A DNA stretch of 64,000 bases from Octopus vulgaris (Eukaryota). Under the pieces are notes generated by a model. It did no database searches. It saw only the letters and a list, made by a program, of their open reading frames with translations, and was not told the origin of the DNA. The position numbers and the translations under genes were made by a program. The DNA lies in assembly GCA_951406725.2 (NCBI GenBank), contig OX597821.1, positions 49,724,001 through 49,788,000 on the forward strand, in the 5' to 3' direction. This document shows positions 1 to 11,934 of this stretch, in pieces. Each line of letters opens with the position of its first letter. Position 1 is the stretch's first letter.

Positions 1-129
1 TCATACTTCAGCTAGGTGAAGATACTGGACACTTCTGAGCTATAGATTTGTGGATCATACCTCAGCTTGATGGAGACAATATTGAGCTATGGATTTGTGG
101 ATCATATTTCAGGTAAATGGGGACATTCT

Positions 130-330
130 AATATTGGTTTCTAATTGTGGCACAAAGCTGGCAATTTTGACAGAGGGAGTAAGCCTATTATGTTGATCCC
201 AGTAATCAACTGATATTTATTTTATCAACTCTGAAAGGATGAACAGCAAAGTTTACCTTGGCAAAATTTGAATTCAGAATGTAAAGACAGATGAAATTCC
301 ATGAAGCATTTGGACCAGCTTGCTAACTTG
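130..330 (-). mobile_element. Degenerate SINE (family B, with Deu/Nin-like central domain)
   Basis: Diverged match to the family seen at 9295-9480, 19500-19730, 48135-48350 and 51310-51520 (GAAAGGATGAAAGGCAAAGTCGACCTCGG...GAATTTGAACTCAGAA motif). Confidence 0.6.
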
Positions 331-880
331 CTAACTCTATATATCAATATTGAAATATAAATCAAGTTGAAAATATTATCAAGTAAGGAATCAAGTTCAA
401 ACAAAGTAGAAATAACTACAGAAGTGACAAATGATAATGGTTAGAACAAACTCACAAGTTAAGGAGAAATCAAAGTAATGATACATATATATATGAAATA
501 GAGAGAAAGCAGAAAAAAAATGAAATAAGGACAATAAGAGTAAAAACAAATATAGACAAATATGAGACAAGATAAATATAAAAAAGAAAAGGGCAAAATA
601 ACTGAATAACAAATAAGGTATAATAATTAAGAAGAAATAAAGATAACAGGGTTTCAAGTATAGAACAAATCAACATTAATACACTAGCATACCCATGTCA
701 TAAAAAATGTCAACATTTGTATTAATTATAGAAAATAGCAAAACAATGAGAAAAATTATTGATAATTTTTTGTTTTAAGACCTTGCACTATTTACTTAGA
801 AGAAAAAAATATTTTCAAAAATTCTTAAATGTGACAGTGCCAACTGTCAGCCAAAACTAATCAGTCACAATGATATATAT

Positions 881-2281
881 CATCATCATCATCATCATCG
901 TTTAACGTCCGCTTTCCGCGCTAGCACGGGTTGGACGGTTTGACCGGGTCTGGGAAGCCAGGGGCCGCACCAGGCTCCAGTCTGAATCTGGCAGAGTTTC
1001 TACGGCTGGATGCCCTTCCTAACGCCAACCACTCCGTGAGTGGATTGGGTGCTTTTTACGTGCCACCTGCACAGGGGCCGGAGGGTCCGGCATCGTCACG
1101 ATCGGTTCGAGCATTTTAACGTGTCAGCGGCACGGGGGCAACGAGGTCCGGGGTACTTTGGGGATCGGGGTACTTTGGGGATCCAGGGTACTTTGGGGAT
1201 CCGGGGTACTTAGAATGGGTAGGGGGTATGTGGAATTGCTGCAGAAAGCAGCCCGGGTCTTTGTAGTCACAGCATTTATCGTCACTGAGTAACGTAATTA
1301 GGTAGAGGAAAGAAATACAGATATTCTAGAGTTGAGTTGGGGAGGGGGGGTCCAGTTGAGGCGGGTAATATAGGGGAGCAACCAGTGGGAAGGTTGGGGT
1401 AAGGAGGAACGATGGCAGGAAGGGTTGGTGTAGGTTCCTAAGAAATAAAAACGTAGGATATTACGAGGCGGGAGGGTACTAAAGGGGATAGTCGGAATGA
1501 GGCAGTGTCAGGAGGAAGCGTAAGATCGGTGGGCAGTTGATGAGCTATGGCGCTAACAACTTGTCTTTTCACAGTGAAGCATATGAGGAGAAGGGGTAGT
1601 GGGGGGAGGAGGAGGGAGTAGGGCGTACCCGGTGTAGATGAGTAAGGCGTATCCGGTGTAGATGGTGAGAACTGGGTATACTGGTATTGGTGGTGGGGGG
1701 TGAGAACAGTGTTCACCGGTATTGGTGGTGGTGACGGTGAGAACAGTGTTCACCGGTATTGGTGGTGGGGGTGAGAACAATGTTCATCGGTATTGGTGGT
1801 GGGGGTGGGGGGGGGGGCGGGGCACCGCCACTGGCGGAAAGATGGGAAGAGATGGGATTACGGCTTGAGGCAGCCTAAGGTTAAATTTTGTAGAGAGAGA
1901 GATAGGAAAGATAAATCAAGTTATGGCGAAGGCTTGAAAGTAGCCTAAAAGGTTAAATTTTCGTAACAGTGTATGAATAAACGTAGTAACAACAAATAAA
2001 AAAAGAGTAAGATAAATTTTTAAGAACTTGCTGCGGGCATCGACCAGGAGTTGAAATTGAAGAAGAAAGTAAGTTGAATTGGGAATTTAAATTGCAGAAT
2101 CGTAATGGTAATGGCGATTTTCAAGTTTTAGCATAAGAAGAAGAAGAAGAGGGGGAAAAGACCGCCACTGGCGGAAAGATGGGAAGAGATGGGATTACGG
2201 CTTGAGGCAGCCTAAAGTTAAATTTTGTAGAGAGAGAGATAGGAAAGATAAATCAAGTTATGGCGAAGGCTTGAAAGTAGC

Positions 2282-2285
<4 letters not shown>
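881..2285 (-). mobile_element. Composite non-autonomous retroelement with RTE-type 3' tail, internal minisatellites and 5' direct repeats
   Basis: Minus-strand 3' end GGTTGGCGTTAGGAAGGGCATCCAGCCGTAG...(GAT)n is typical of RTE-type tails. About 125-bp direct repeats at 1824-1948 and 2161-2285. TA runs flank both sides. Confidence 0.5.
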
Positions 2286-2319
<34 letters not shown>

Positions 2320-2554
2320 TCTTTTACAAATATACAAATATTTTACAAAAAATTTATTCTAATGTTTTATTGAATGATGTAATTCAAAATGATAATACTG
2401 TATTTACAAAAATTTTACACTTTTATTTAGAAAACAGTAAAAGACATGAATGTAATTCCACACTCGTTAATGAAACACAGAGTAAAAAAAACCCACTGAG
2501 ACTACTTATGTTTACATATGCATATTGAACATATATCTCAACATGTAATTAATG

Positions 2555-4435
2555 CTATTCCAAAAGTTCTTTTATTACAATATTCACTGTAAATCTGTGA
2601 TTTCCATAAAGATTTCCTTGCTTTCCATCATTATGTATAAGTATCTTAAGGTTGTCCTTGCTTTTTGTCCCGCTTAACGAAACATAAACACAAGAAAAGG
2701 TAAATAAATAACAACTTGACAAAATGATTGTCCTTGTGATTTGTTGATGGTCATAGAAAATGCAGGTATTACAGAAAATTGTCTTCTGTTCATTGCAAAA
2801 GGCATATTTGTATCACATGCTGAGAGGTTCATACAAGAGATAAACACCTCCTTTTCTTTCTTACTAACCACTTAGTATCATGCCATGAATATATAAATCA
2901 TGCATGGATGTTACTAATAAATGGGTGCCATTCAATAACCCCCTCTCTGGATTTAGATTATGCAATAGCATGACAATGAATCCAACCTTGAGTTTCAGCC
3001 TGTGTGGCAGCATTCCCAAGGGAGTTAGAGAACTCAAAATTTCAACTGGAACATTAACAGCAGAAACAGCATCTTCTAAAGAAATTGTCACTACACTGAA
3101 ATATTCTTTTGATTGTCTAGGAAGTAGTGTAAGAATAGATTCATTTATTTTTAAAGCAACTTTGAAACAAGATCTTCCATATGATCTTCATTTGCAATGT
3201 CAAGAGATTCTCCAAATATGTCTCTTACAATATGTCCTGAAGATAACATGTATTCTGGTATCTCAATGGTGTTTTCACTCAAACCACAGTCATTGTGGAG
3301 TGTGCCACTACCAATTTTCAACAACCACCGGGAGAGATCTTGTCCTTCAGTGTGTACATTTTCTGTAAGGCTTAGTTTAGTAACAGTTCTTCACAGGTTT
3401 GACATTTTTATGCAAGACTCTGAAATTACAGCAATTGAGTCTCTTAGTATAACTGGTGCAGTCTGGCAAAAATATTCATCTAAAAGAAAAACTTTGCCAT
3501 CAAATGACCTATTTGAATGCGTGATTTCCTTCAATAGGATATCAATTACATGAAGAGCATTGTTGGAAAGCATTGATACTTCATCAATTATTATTAAAGC
3601 AGCAGCTTTTATTTCTGTGGAACTTTCAGAAAGTATTCTCAAGTGTGAGGATGAGTTTTCAAAAATTAGAACAGGACTGTTCTTCCTTCAATAAGTAAAT
3701 CTGCAACTGTTCCTGTAGTTGCATAAGAAAAGACAGTTTTGTTCTGGCAAATCAACTAAATGATCAAAGTGTTGTAGAAGTATGTTCTTCCTGAGCCGCT
3801 AGGATCTTCCATAAAGAAAAATTTGTTCTCTGTATTCTCAGTTTCAATAGCGGTCAGAATATGCTCAAATATTTAAAATAGCTTTTTATTCAGTGTTGCT
3901 GTGTGCCTTTCAGCCACAGTAGTTTTTGTATTGGCATTTTCAATATTCTCTCTAATGATCTGGATGTTTACAATAGGTAGATGTAAGTCCTGGTAGTGTA
4001 AACCATGTAAAAAGAGAATTGAACCTATATCTTGTAATGCTATCTGCACAATAACTCCTCTTGCATTTGTTCTGGTCTTCAATGATGTCGTCTTCAATGA
4101 TGCCGTCTTCAAATTGATAGTACAGTCCTGCAGAGTCATTAGGGGTTTTAAAAATACAAATTAGAGCAAATAATTGCCTCACTTGTACGGGCATCTGAGC
4201 AACAGCTGCTTCTGTCAAGCATCTCCCCCACTCATTATCATTCTGCAGCAAGTTCCTTTAATTTGCAGCTTCATGATAATGGTTATTTAGTGCACCATCA
4301 ACTGTCTTAAGATCATCAAAATTGCAAGCTCCTTTAACATGTAACAATAACAATCTCAGATGAAATCTTTCATCCCTTGGAAATCTTGAAATAAAGTCTT
4401 GAAATAATTTTCTCTCCCACTCTTTTGCATGGTTT
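2555..4435 (-). mobile_element. Helitron RepHel pseudogene fragment (end of Rep region + PIF1-like helicase)
   Basis: Frameshifted ORFs with Helitron/PIF1 motifs in the correct order: RLLLLHVKGA..FDDLKTVDG, EWGRCLTEAA..QVRQLFALI, degenerate Walker A (DPSGSGRT), IIIDEVSML, PHRLKLKVG..VMLLHNLN..GLLNGT, RRQF..PAFSMTINKSQGQS. Confidence 0.9.
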
Positions 4436-4759
4436 TCAAACAGTCATCTTTTTGTCGAATAATACACACATAGGGGAGACATTTAGAAACATTGTGAAAA
4501 GACTAAATGAATATTTGAGACAATATAACAACAAAAAAACAGTTCTCCATACTCTACCAACATGGAGGCAACCTGGGTCAACTTGACATCCACATTTTAT
4601 CCAAGCACCCAAAGGACCCAACCCTCAGATAAATACAGGAGTACATCTTCATAGATGAAACATCCCTAGTACTAAATAGGAAATATACATAGTAGATAAT
4701 CATACCCCACCATACCCACAGTATATAATAATATACAAGTAGAATAGTTAGTGAGCTGT

Positions 4760-4771
4760 TATGTAGATGTA

Positions 4772-4808
<37 letters not shown>

Positions 4809-5310
4809 GTGTATATGTATATGCGCATGTATGTAGACAAATGGATATAAAAGTAAACATATAGACATACAGAGGGATAGGTACATAGATAATATGAACA
4901 GACAAGCACACATACACACATACACAAATGAAGACTGAAACACATGACCATATATACACACACTTTACTTCACACAAGGGCACATATGGAGACACACATT
5001 CACACATATGGAGATACACATCCATTCATACAGACATAGTACATAGTCACAACCCCCCCCATACACACACACTCAGACTGCACACACAAGGGGACAAAAG
5101 TACACACACACACACACACACACACATGCAAATACACATACACACACACACACATAAAAACACACAAACACGAACACACAAACACATGAATATTCAGAAT
5201 ACATATATACAACCATACACAAATACATGCATATACACATACGCATACACACACTTACATGTATTCATACATGCATACAAGTGTATGCACACACACACAC
5301 ACACACACTG
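4760..5310. repeat. Compound (TG)n/(CA)n microsatellite region
   Basis: Directly visible runs. Confidence 0.9.
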
Positions 5311-5869
5311 ACCCACACATGCGCACAAACAAAAGAACACAGTTCGGATAATGGACAGAGTCAACAACTATTGAAAAGGTTGCAAGACGCAATGAAAATT
5401 TTAGGAAAATAGATAGGTAAAGAAAATAGATAAGAAAATAGATAAATAAAATAGATAAAATAACAACAGTTGAACTGGACAAACACTTAAAAACAAAGAA
5501 TGGAAGAATTATAAATGTAAGAAGCATGGAAAAAAACCCCCCAAAAACAGTTTTCTTTATATAGGGAATCACTAATACAATGCAAAAACAGACGACACTG
5601 AAACAATAAATTTAGACAACAATGCAACAGAAATGGTAAAAAAAAACAACATGGAAACAATTACAAAACATACTCAAGAAGAAATGGAAAGTAAAATCAC
5701 TCTATGATCAAAACCGTGCAGGGTTAAATTGAAAAGAAGTAAGCTGAAGTAAAAATGAACAGTGGCTCAAAAGCTCCAGCCAAAAAACAGAAATGGAGGA
5801 ACTGATCCTAACTACACAAGATCAATATCTGGTCACAAACAATTATAAGATTAAAATTGTATGAATGGT

Positions 5870-6400
5870 CCTAACACTAAATGTTGAATGTACCACCAGC
5901 ACAATTAGACAGTTACCATCACCAGTTGCTCAGACTTTGCCAAATCTTAGTATACAAACAGGCATGGTAGTATTTGCAGCTACATTCACTAAGCAATATG
6001 CCAACACTTCAATGTGAAAACAAATAAGTGGTACAAGCATGTACCAAACACAGTTCATGACTGCAACCTGGCTATAAGAATCAGACTGACAGAAAGATCA
6101 AGGTGAACCATCCAGACAAGAAAACAAACACATGCACACTGATAGATGTCATAATCTCTTCTAAAAAAAATGCTTTGAAATAAGGAGTAGAGAAACTATC
6201 AAAATACAAGGATCTTAAAATTGAAATAGTCACGATGTTTGATATGAGGATGAAATCAATATCACGAGTAATTGGTGCATTAAGTATGATTAAAAAAATA
6301 TATACAAAGAAACATAGATGAAATACCAGGGCTCACAGTACTACACAATACTCCAAAAATAGCTCTGCTAGGAACATGTCTTTGTGCAAGATGCTATCAG
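5870..6400 (+). mobile_element. R4/Dong-like non-LTR retrotransposon fragment (CCHC + restriction-like endonuclease), degenerate
   Basis: Broken translation ..ITSCSDFAKS*YTNRH..; KWYKHVP; TDRKIK.NHPD; CTLIDV; EKLSKYKDLKIEI; VIGAL.MI. Confidence 0.7.
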
Positions 6401-8169
6401 TTCAAGAGAATAGCCCAAGCAGAACAATCTTTGCACACAACACACACCCTATACAACTAGCACCTAATAGCCTAAAACAACACAATTCATGCACCATATA
6501 CAATGCAAGATTAAGGCCTTGTAAAATAATACAACTCACATTACATGCACCATGCACAGCAGTACATACACTGGACGGAGTACTTTTTTTGTTGATCTTA
6601 CATCTAACAGAACAGTAACCTATATGTGTGCGTGTTTGCGTGTGAGGTTCTTTTTAGCTTGTGTTACAGTTCAGGTAATCTTTAGTGTTGCTCCAGTATA
6701 TTCAGTTGAAAATCAAGAGTCGGTGTGGATTCTTTGAGTTCATTTGGATGAAGAGAGTAAATGAATGATAAATGATGTTGAAAAGAAGATTAAAGTTGAC
6801 AAAAATTGGCTAGGATTAATTATGTATAAGGTTGGGTGTCATTAACCAGCTGGAAAAGACGTTTTCCTGAGGTTAAAATGTTGTAACACAGTTCTGTATA
6901 GAACAGCCATGTTATAATGGCAAAAAAAAAAAATGTTACCATCTAGTATTGTTACCACTTATATCTCATTTAGAGATCTTAGAACTAGCTACTTTGCTCA
7001 AAGTTGATATCTTTATGGATTTATTCCCAGAAGTGAAGAAAGGATATCTGGAAATTTATTTAAGGAAAACTGGCATCAAACTTTGGCACAGAAAGCTATG
7101 GAAATTATCGAAATGCATACCAGTATTTTGTATATAACATTCTACTTTCACTCCTCTAACACAGGATTAAGATACAGCAACAGAAGATTCAAAATACCAC
7201 AGTTCCTTCCTCTCACAAAATAGAAAAAATATCAACATATTTAAATGACAGCTTAGGAATTTTGTTTAAGTCCTTGATAAATCTACATTGAACAGTCGCC
7301 CTCATTTATCAAATTTCAACAAGTTGGACAAGTAAAATATATTCACACAGACACATACATGTGTATGTGTGTGTGTGTGTGTGTGGTTATATATAAAATA
7401 TTTGTGTGAGTGTAAAACATAATATAATCACATTCTCTCTCCAGCATCAATTATGATATATTAATATTTCAAAGTAAGAAATACTTTAAAATAAGAAAAC
7501 TTACCTAAAATGAAAAAAATTTCAGCTGTCAATATGTCGTGTTAATATTTTGCTTACTTCTTTAGATATGAACCGCTTGAATTGATCTCAAACTACTGCC
7601 TCAACCGGTCTCACATAAAGACTGTCTCTTTATGATTTCGACCAATCAGACAGTACCTTTTCTGCTTTTTTTTTTTATATATATATATTTAGTGACACAA
7701 TTCTCTTTGCATGAATTGCTTTCTTTTCTTTCTTCGTCCTCCACACACAAGCTTCAATTACTCCCTTGGTTCTCACACAATCAATTTTTTTGACAAAACT
7801 GTTCATATATTAACTTATCTAGTTTCTTGGTGATAAATCTGTTCTGTTGAATTGTTATGCTTCTAGAGGCTGCAGTTAATAACTTTCTTGGTTGTTCTTT
7901 TCCTTTTTGCAGGCATCACATCTTGTGCTACCTAATGCTGTCACCCCACGTCGGCCAGTCTCTGAATCTATTCCTTTTCTCATTAGTCCCTTTTCCAGTT
8001 TCATCCTCCAACCATCTTATTTTCAAGTGACTTGCCAGTCCCCTGGGGCACCTACACACACAACCAATGGTTTTGGAAGCCCCTGCTTGCTTCTAGAAAC
8101 TCGTAAAAAGATTTCCGAAACAAAACTGGGTCAAGCTAGACTTGGAGATTTTGATTCAGGCAAAACTTG

Positions 8170-8830
8170 AGTTACTACGCAATTCCCTGATCTAATACAG
8201 ACCCCGAGAGGGTAGCAATTGCAGGTGGTTGGGAGAAGGCAGAAGTTCGCAATGCTACAACTGTGGAAATACAAACCACCTTAAGATTTTCTATCCCAAC
8301 AACAGCAGACAATGATAGCTGAAATGGGGCTTCTACTACAACCAATATCCCACATCCAACATCAACAACAACAACAGTAGCAACCACGACAATAACATGC
8401 GGCTGTATCATGCATGACTGCAGCATCTGCTACGAGATTGGAAGCAACACTTATAGCAATAACAGTAACAAGAACACCAAGAGTGGAAACAACAGCAACA
8501 AACACTACCTGCAAGAGACACCACCACACCAACAACATCAGCAAACGAAAACCCCGCAAACAACTAAACAAAAGCACAATGACCACCCCCAAGATGGGCG
8601 CCTCAGTGTCTGAGACTTCTCAAGAGATGTTGTAACAAACTCTTTCAATGTTTCACAACCAGATTTAATATTCAAACATATTGAGACTGAATTCATCAAC
8701 TACCACCACCACAATGAAGGGTACAAATTGGTATGGAGGACACTGAAGTGAGCGATGCACCACTGTTTGGCTGCAAAGAAGAACGGAGACAAGCAAGGCA
8801 ATGCTGGTCAAAAGATGTCTCAATCTACCT
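8170..8830 (+). pseudogene. Degenerate gag-like/ORF1 fragment of a non-LTR element (zinc knuckle + Thr-rich tail)
   Basis: Frameshifted FPDLIQTP..QLQVV / GRSSQCYNCGNTNHLKIFYP resembles CX2CX4HX4C with the last C mutated, followed by Thr/Asn-rich low complexity. Confidence 0.45.
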
Positions 8831-8995
8831 TCGGGTAGATTTTATTGATTTTTATTATGTCTGTATTGTTAAGTTGCTTCTTCTCTCTCTCTTTCTTTTT
8901 CCTCTTCTCTATCATATTCTCCCTGTAATTTCTCTATTGTTTTCTCTTTTCCTTTCTTCCTTTCTTTATAAGCTTAAAAATATATATGCATATAT

Positions 8996-9039
<44 letters not shown>

Positions 9040-9231
9040 CGGGAAGCTTTATGAAAATAGACAAAAGACGAAGGCAGGTGGGAAACAAACAAACAATTGT
9101 ATTAGTATGGCGCTCAGGAAATATAAATAAAACAATATATATATATAAAGCGGTAGGAAAAACCACAGTAGATATATTGTCTTTTTACATTGCTTCTCTC
9201 TATATTTAAAAAAAAATTTTGCCTGTCATCG

Positions 9232-9289
<58 letters not shown>

Positions 9290-9294
9290 TATTA

Positions 9295-9480
9295 TTCAGC
9301 TAGCTGGCAGAAATGTTAGCATGCCAGGTGAAATGCTCAGCAGTATTTCACTCGTCGCTGTGTTCTGAGTTCAAATTCCACCGAGGTCAGCTTCGCCTTT
9401 CATCCTTTTGGGGTAGATAAATTAGGTACCAGTTGATCACTAAGGTCAATATGATCGACTGTTCCCATCCCCACAAAATT
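9295..9480 (+). mobile_element. SINE family B (Deu/Nin-like domain) after (CAT)n run
   Basis: GCTGGCAGAA..GTTAGCA...GAGTTCAAATTCC...GCCTTTCATCCTTTTGGGGTAGATAAATTAGGTACC; same family recurs elsewhere in the window. Confidence 0.75.
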
Positions 9481-9989
9481 TATTTCGTCACTGTATTTAC
9501 TGTGGCGATATCTTGACCATATCTCACATGGAATTAAACGGCGGGCATTTTGAACTGGCCATGATGCATACGTACATATATATGTGGGTATACGTTCGTT
9601 TATGTAAGTATTTGTATGTTGTATTTATATATATATGTATTTATGTTTCTCTTCTGTGTTTTCTACTGTCGAGGCAAAGCGTTCCTAAATGCAAAGTCAG
9701 AAATCTGGGATCTAGAATTATCCAGTAATTTTTTACTAGTTTCATCTTGTCTCTTTGTTTTCTCTCCATGTTGATACATGGACAATTTAGGTGGTTTTAG
9801 AGTCAGATCATGGCAGCTATTTTCAGCATGGTGGTATCTTGTAGATAACCTAATTTATAATTTTAATAATTATTACCTTTGAAGGTTATTTTTTTCCGTG
9901 CTGACCACTTGATAAAATCGTTATTTTATTTTTAGATTAACGATCTTATCCTTATTTATATAAATTTATATATATATATATATATATCT

Positions 9990-11463
9990 ATAGGTGAGAA
10001 AGCACGTGGTTAGATATATAAAAAATAGAAAAGAGTGAAAAAACTACAGAAGGCTTGTTTTATAAGGTTAAAGAAAATATTTAAGTCGTTATGTTAGAAA
10101 AATGTTATAAAATTGTGTATAGTAACATAGTTTTTGGAGAAAAACCGGTTTCATGTAAACTTTTCAATTTCTCAAAGTTCTTTACCTACATCGTGTCATG
10201 TCTTTGTTATGAAGTGCAAAGAAGAGTTCCAGGCAGGGGGAGGTAATAAGGGATTTCTTCCGGTATAAGGGAGATAATCACTTTATTTATTTATTTTTTC
10301 ATGGGATGAGTTTCTCTGTATAAAAATGTTAGGATGGTTAAGTTCAGGCTTATATTTTTCAATGAAGAATGTTTCTTTGTTTAATCTAATTTGTGTTGGT
10401 GTTCCAATAGCACATTGATAGAATGGAAAGATTAAAAATTGTGGTAGTAGTTGCTTTGCGCATTTCTCAGTATGCTCACTAAAGGGTATCATTCTGTATT
10501 CTCGGAATGCAATCTGTTGTCGATGCAGAGTGCATCTGCGTCTGAGTGATAATCCCGTGGACCCAACGTAGTTTTGGTGGCAGCCTGAGCATCTTATGAC
10601 ATAAATTATGTTTTCAGAAGTACAAGTAAAATTAGTTCTGATCTTGAATTTTTGTCCCTCTTTGAAAAGGAATTCTGATCCTTCTAGAAGGTTTGGGCAT
10701 GTTGCGCAGTTTGGTCTACCACATTTTTTTACTTTTGCATCCGTAATTTCAGAAAACAATTTTGCCTTTGTGAGAATCTTTTTAAGTGATTTAGGTTGTT
10801 TGTAGCTTTTAATGATTTTATGTGTGTTTAGAATTTCCTTTAATTTGGGGTCCTTATGAAGTATTGGTAAATTCTGGGTGATGATGGTGAAGGCTTCTTT
10901 GTTTCTGGGGTTGTATGTGTATATGTAAGGCAGTATTTTCGGGGAAGGTGTATTGTTGTGTTGAACTTTTCTCAAAGTTTCTATGTCGATTTCTGTTGCA
11001 CGTCTGATCCCATCCTTTATGAGTTGAACTGGGTAGTGCCTGTCAATTAGGGTGTTTTTGAGTTCTTGTAGTCTAAAGTTCCTGGTATTTTGTTCTGACA
11101 CTATTGTGCATATCCTTCTTGCAAGGTTGAAATGGATTTTTGTTTTAGTGTGTCTTGGGTGGCATGAATCAAAAAGAAGGTATTGTTTGACGTCTGTGGT
11201 TTTGTAAAATATGTCTGTTTCTATTTTTAGGTTAATTTTCTTAATCAGTATATCTAAGAATTGAAGCTTCTTTTGGTTGTACCCCATTGTGAACTGTATA
11301 TTTGGGTTGATGCTGTTCAATAGGTTTTTGAATTTTAGGATCTTGAATTTTTGTCCCTCTTTGAAAAGGAATTCTGATCCTTCTAGAAGGTTTGGGCATG
11401 TTGCACAGTGTGGTCTACCACATTTTTTTAAACTTTTGCATCCGTAATTTCAGAAAACAATTT
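9990..11463 (-). mobile_element. 5'-truncated Penelope-like element (Neptune-like), ending at a (TA)n run
   Basis: Contains the 345-aa RT-thumb/GIY-YIG ORF and a 3' UTR running into (TA)n at about 9970-9990. Confidence 0.85.
10283..11320 (-). CDS. PLE polyprotein C-terminal part: RT palm end/thumb, Cys-rich linker, GIY-YIG endonuclease (no true start; truncated)
   Basis: IQFTM..LQFLDILI, DIFYKTTD..YL.FDSCHP.H.K, CGRPNCATC, FTCTSENIIYVIRCSGC.QNYVGST..LRRR..LH, KETFFI.KY.PELN. Confidence 0.85.
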   Translation of the reverse strand: MNSINPNIQFTMGYNQKKLQFLDILIKKINLKIETDIFYKTTDVKQYLLFDSCHPRHTKTKIHFNLARRICTIVSEQNTRNFRLQELKNTLIDRHYPVQLIKDGIRRATEIDIETLRKVQHNNTPSPKILPYIYTYNPRNKEAFTIITQNLPILHKDPKLKEILNTHKIIKSYKQPKSLKKILTKAKLFSEITDAKVKKCGRPNCATCPNLLEGSEFLFKEGQKFKIRTNFTCTSENIIYVIRCSGCHQNYVGSTGLSLRRRCTLHRQQIAFREYRMIPFSEHTEKCAKQLLPQFLIFPFYQCAIGTPTQIRLNKETFFIEKYKPELNHPNIFIQRNSSHEKINK

Positions 11464-11581
11464 GAGTGTCAATCTGAGGACAGTGCTGAGGATTCAGAAA
11501 GATTTGGATGAGCCTAATGGTGATTACAAAGGTACGGCAGCTCAGAAAACTCACTCTGATCATTCTGATAAGAAAAGAACT
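11464..11581 (+). mobile_element. Short mariner/Tc1-superfamily transposase N-terminal fragment
   Basis: VNLRTV.RI.K.LDE..GDYKGTAA.KTHSD.SDKKRT resembles the first HTH and linker of a DD-D/E transposase. Confidence 0.45.
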
Positions 11582-11665
11582 GTTCTATATTTAAGAGATG
11601 AGGAATTACGTACATTATTTACATTATTTACATTTGACGAACAGTTATCCTCATCTTATTTGTTG

Positions 11666-11710
11666 TTAACATGTTTCGGCTGATATACGATGCAGCCTTC
11701 ATCAGGTGTC
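11666..11710 (-). ncRNA. Minimal hammerhead ribozyme motif (degenerate stem I/III)
   Basis: Minus strand GACAC-CTGATGA-A-GGCTG(catcgtatat)CAGCC-GAAACATGTT. Confidence 0.55.
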
Positions 11711-11756
11711 TTAGGAAATGTTGTTGTTGTCATTATTATTATTATTATTATTATTA

Positions 11757-11830
11757 AGATCACTGCCTGGAATCAAACTCGGAATCTTTGGGTTAGTAAC
11801 CTGTGCTCTTAACCACTATGCCATATGCCC
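11757..11830 (-). mobile_element. tRNA-derived SINE head / tRNA pseudogene
   Basis: Minus strand TGGCATAGTGGTTAAGAGC (A-box) ... GAGTTTGATTCCAGG (B-box-like), followed by an (AAT)n tail. Confidence 0.55.
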
Positions 11831-11934
11831 ATGGGCAATTATGGAGTGAATTTTTGCGCTTATAAATCTAATATTTTCCTATCCTTCCTCAATACCAGTT
11901 CCCATATGCTATTCATATTCACTCGGTCTCCTTA

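Noticed and set aside
1-128. ~46-50-bp degenerate tandem repeat (GAGCTAT.GATTTGTGGATCATA)
   Set aside because: Only about 2.5 units, cut by the window edge; cannot be interpreted.
2674-4251. Host PIF1 helicase gene
   Set aside because: Multiple frameshifts and stops, no introns, and upstream Helitron Rep-linker motifs indicate a dead Helitron.
6937-7220. Possible host exon (..YLYGFIPRSEERISGNLFKENWHQTLAQKAMEII..)
   Set aside because: Bounded by stops, no recognisable domain, no clear splice pair.
9655-9705. Hammerhead candidate CTGTCGAGGCA...TGCAAAGTCAGAA
   Set aside because: GAAA core and stems too degraded to support.
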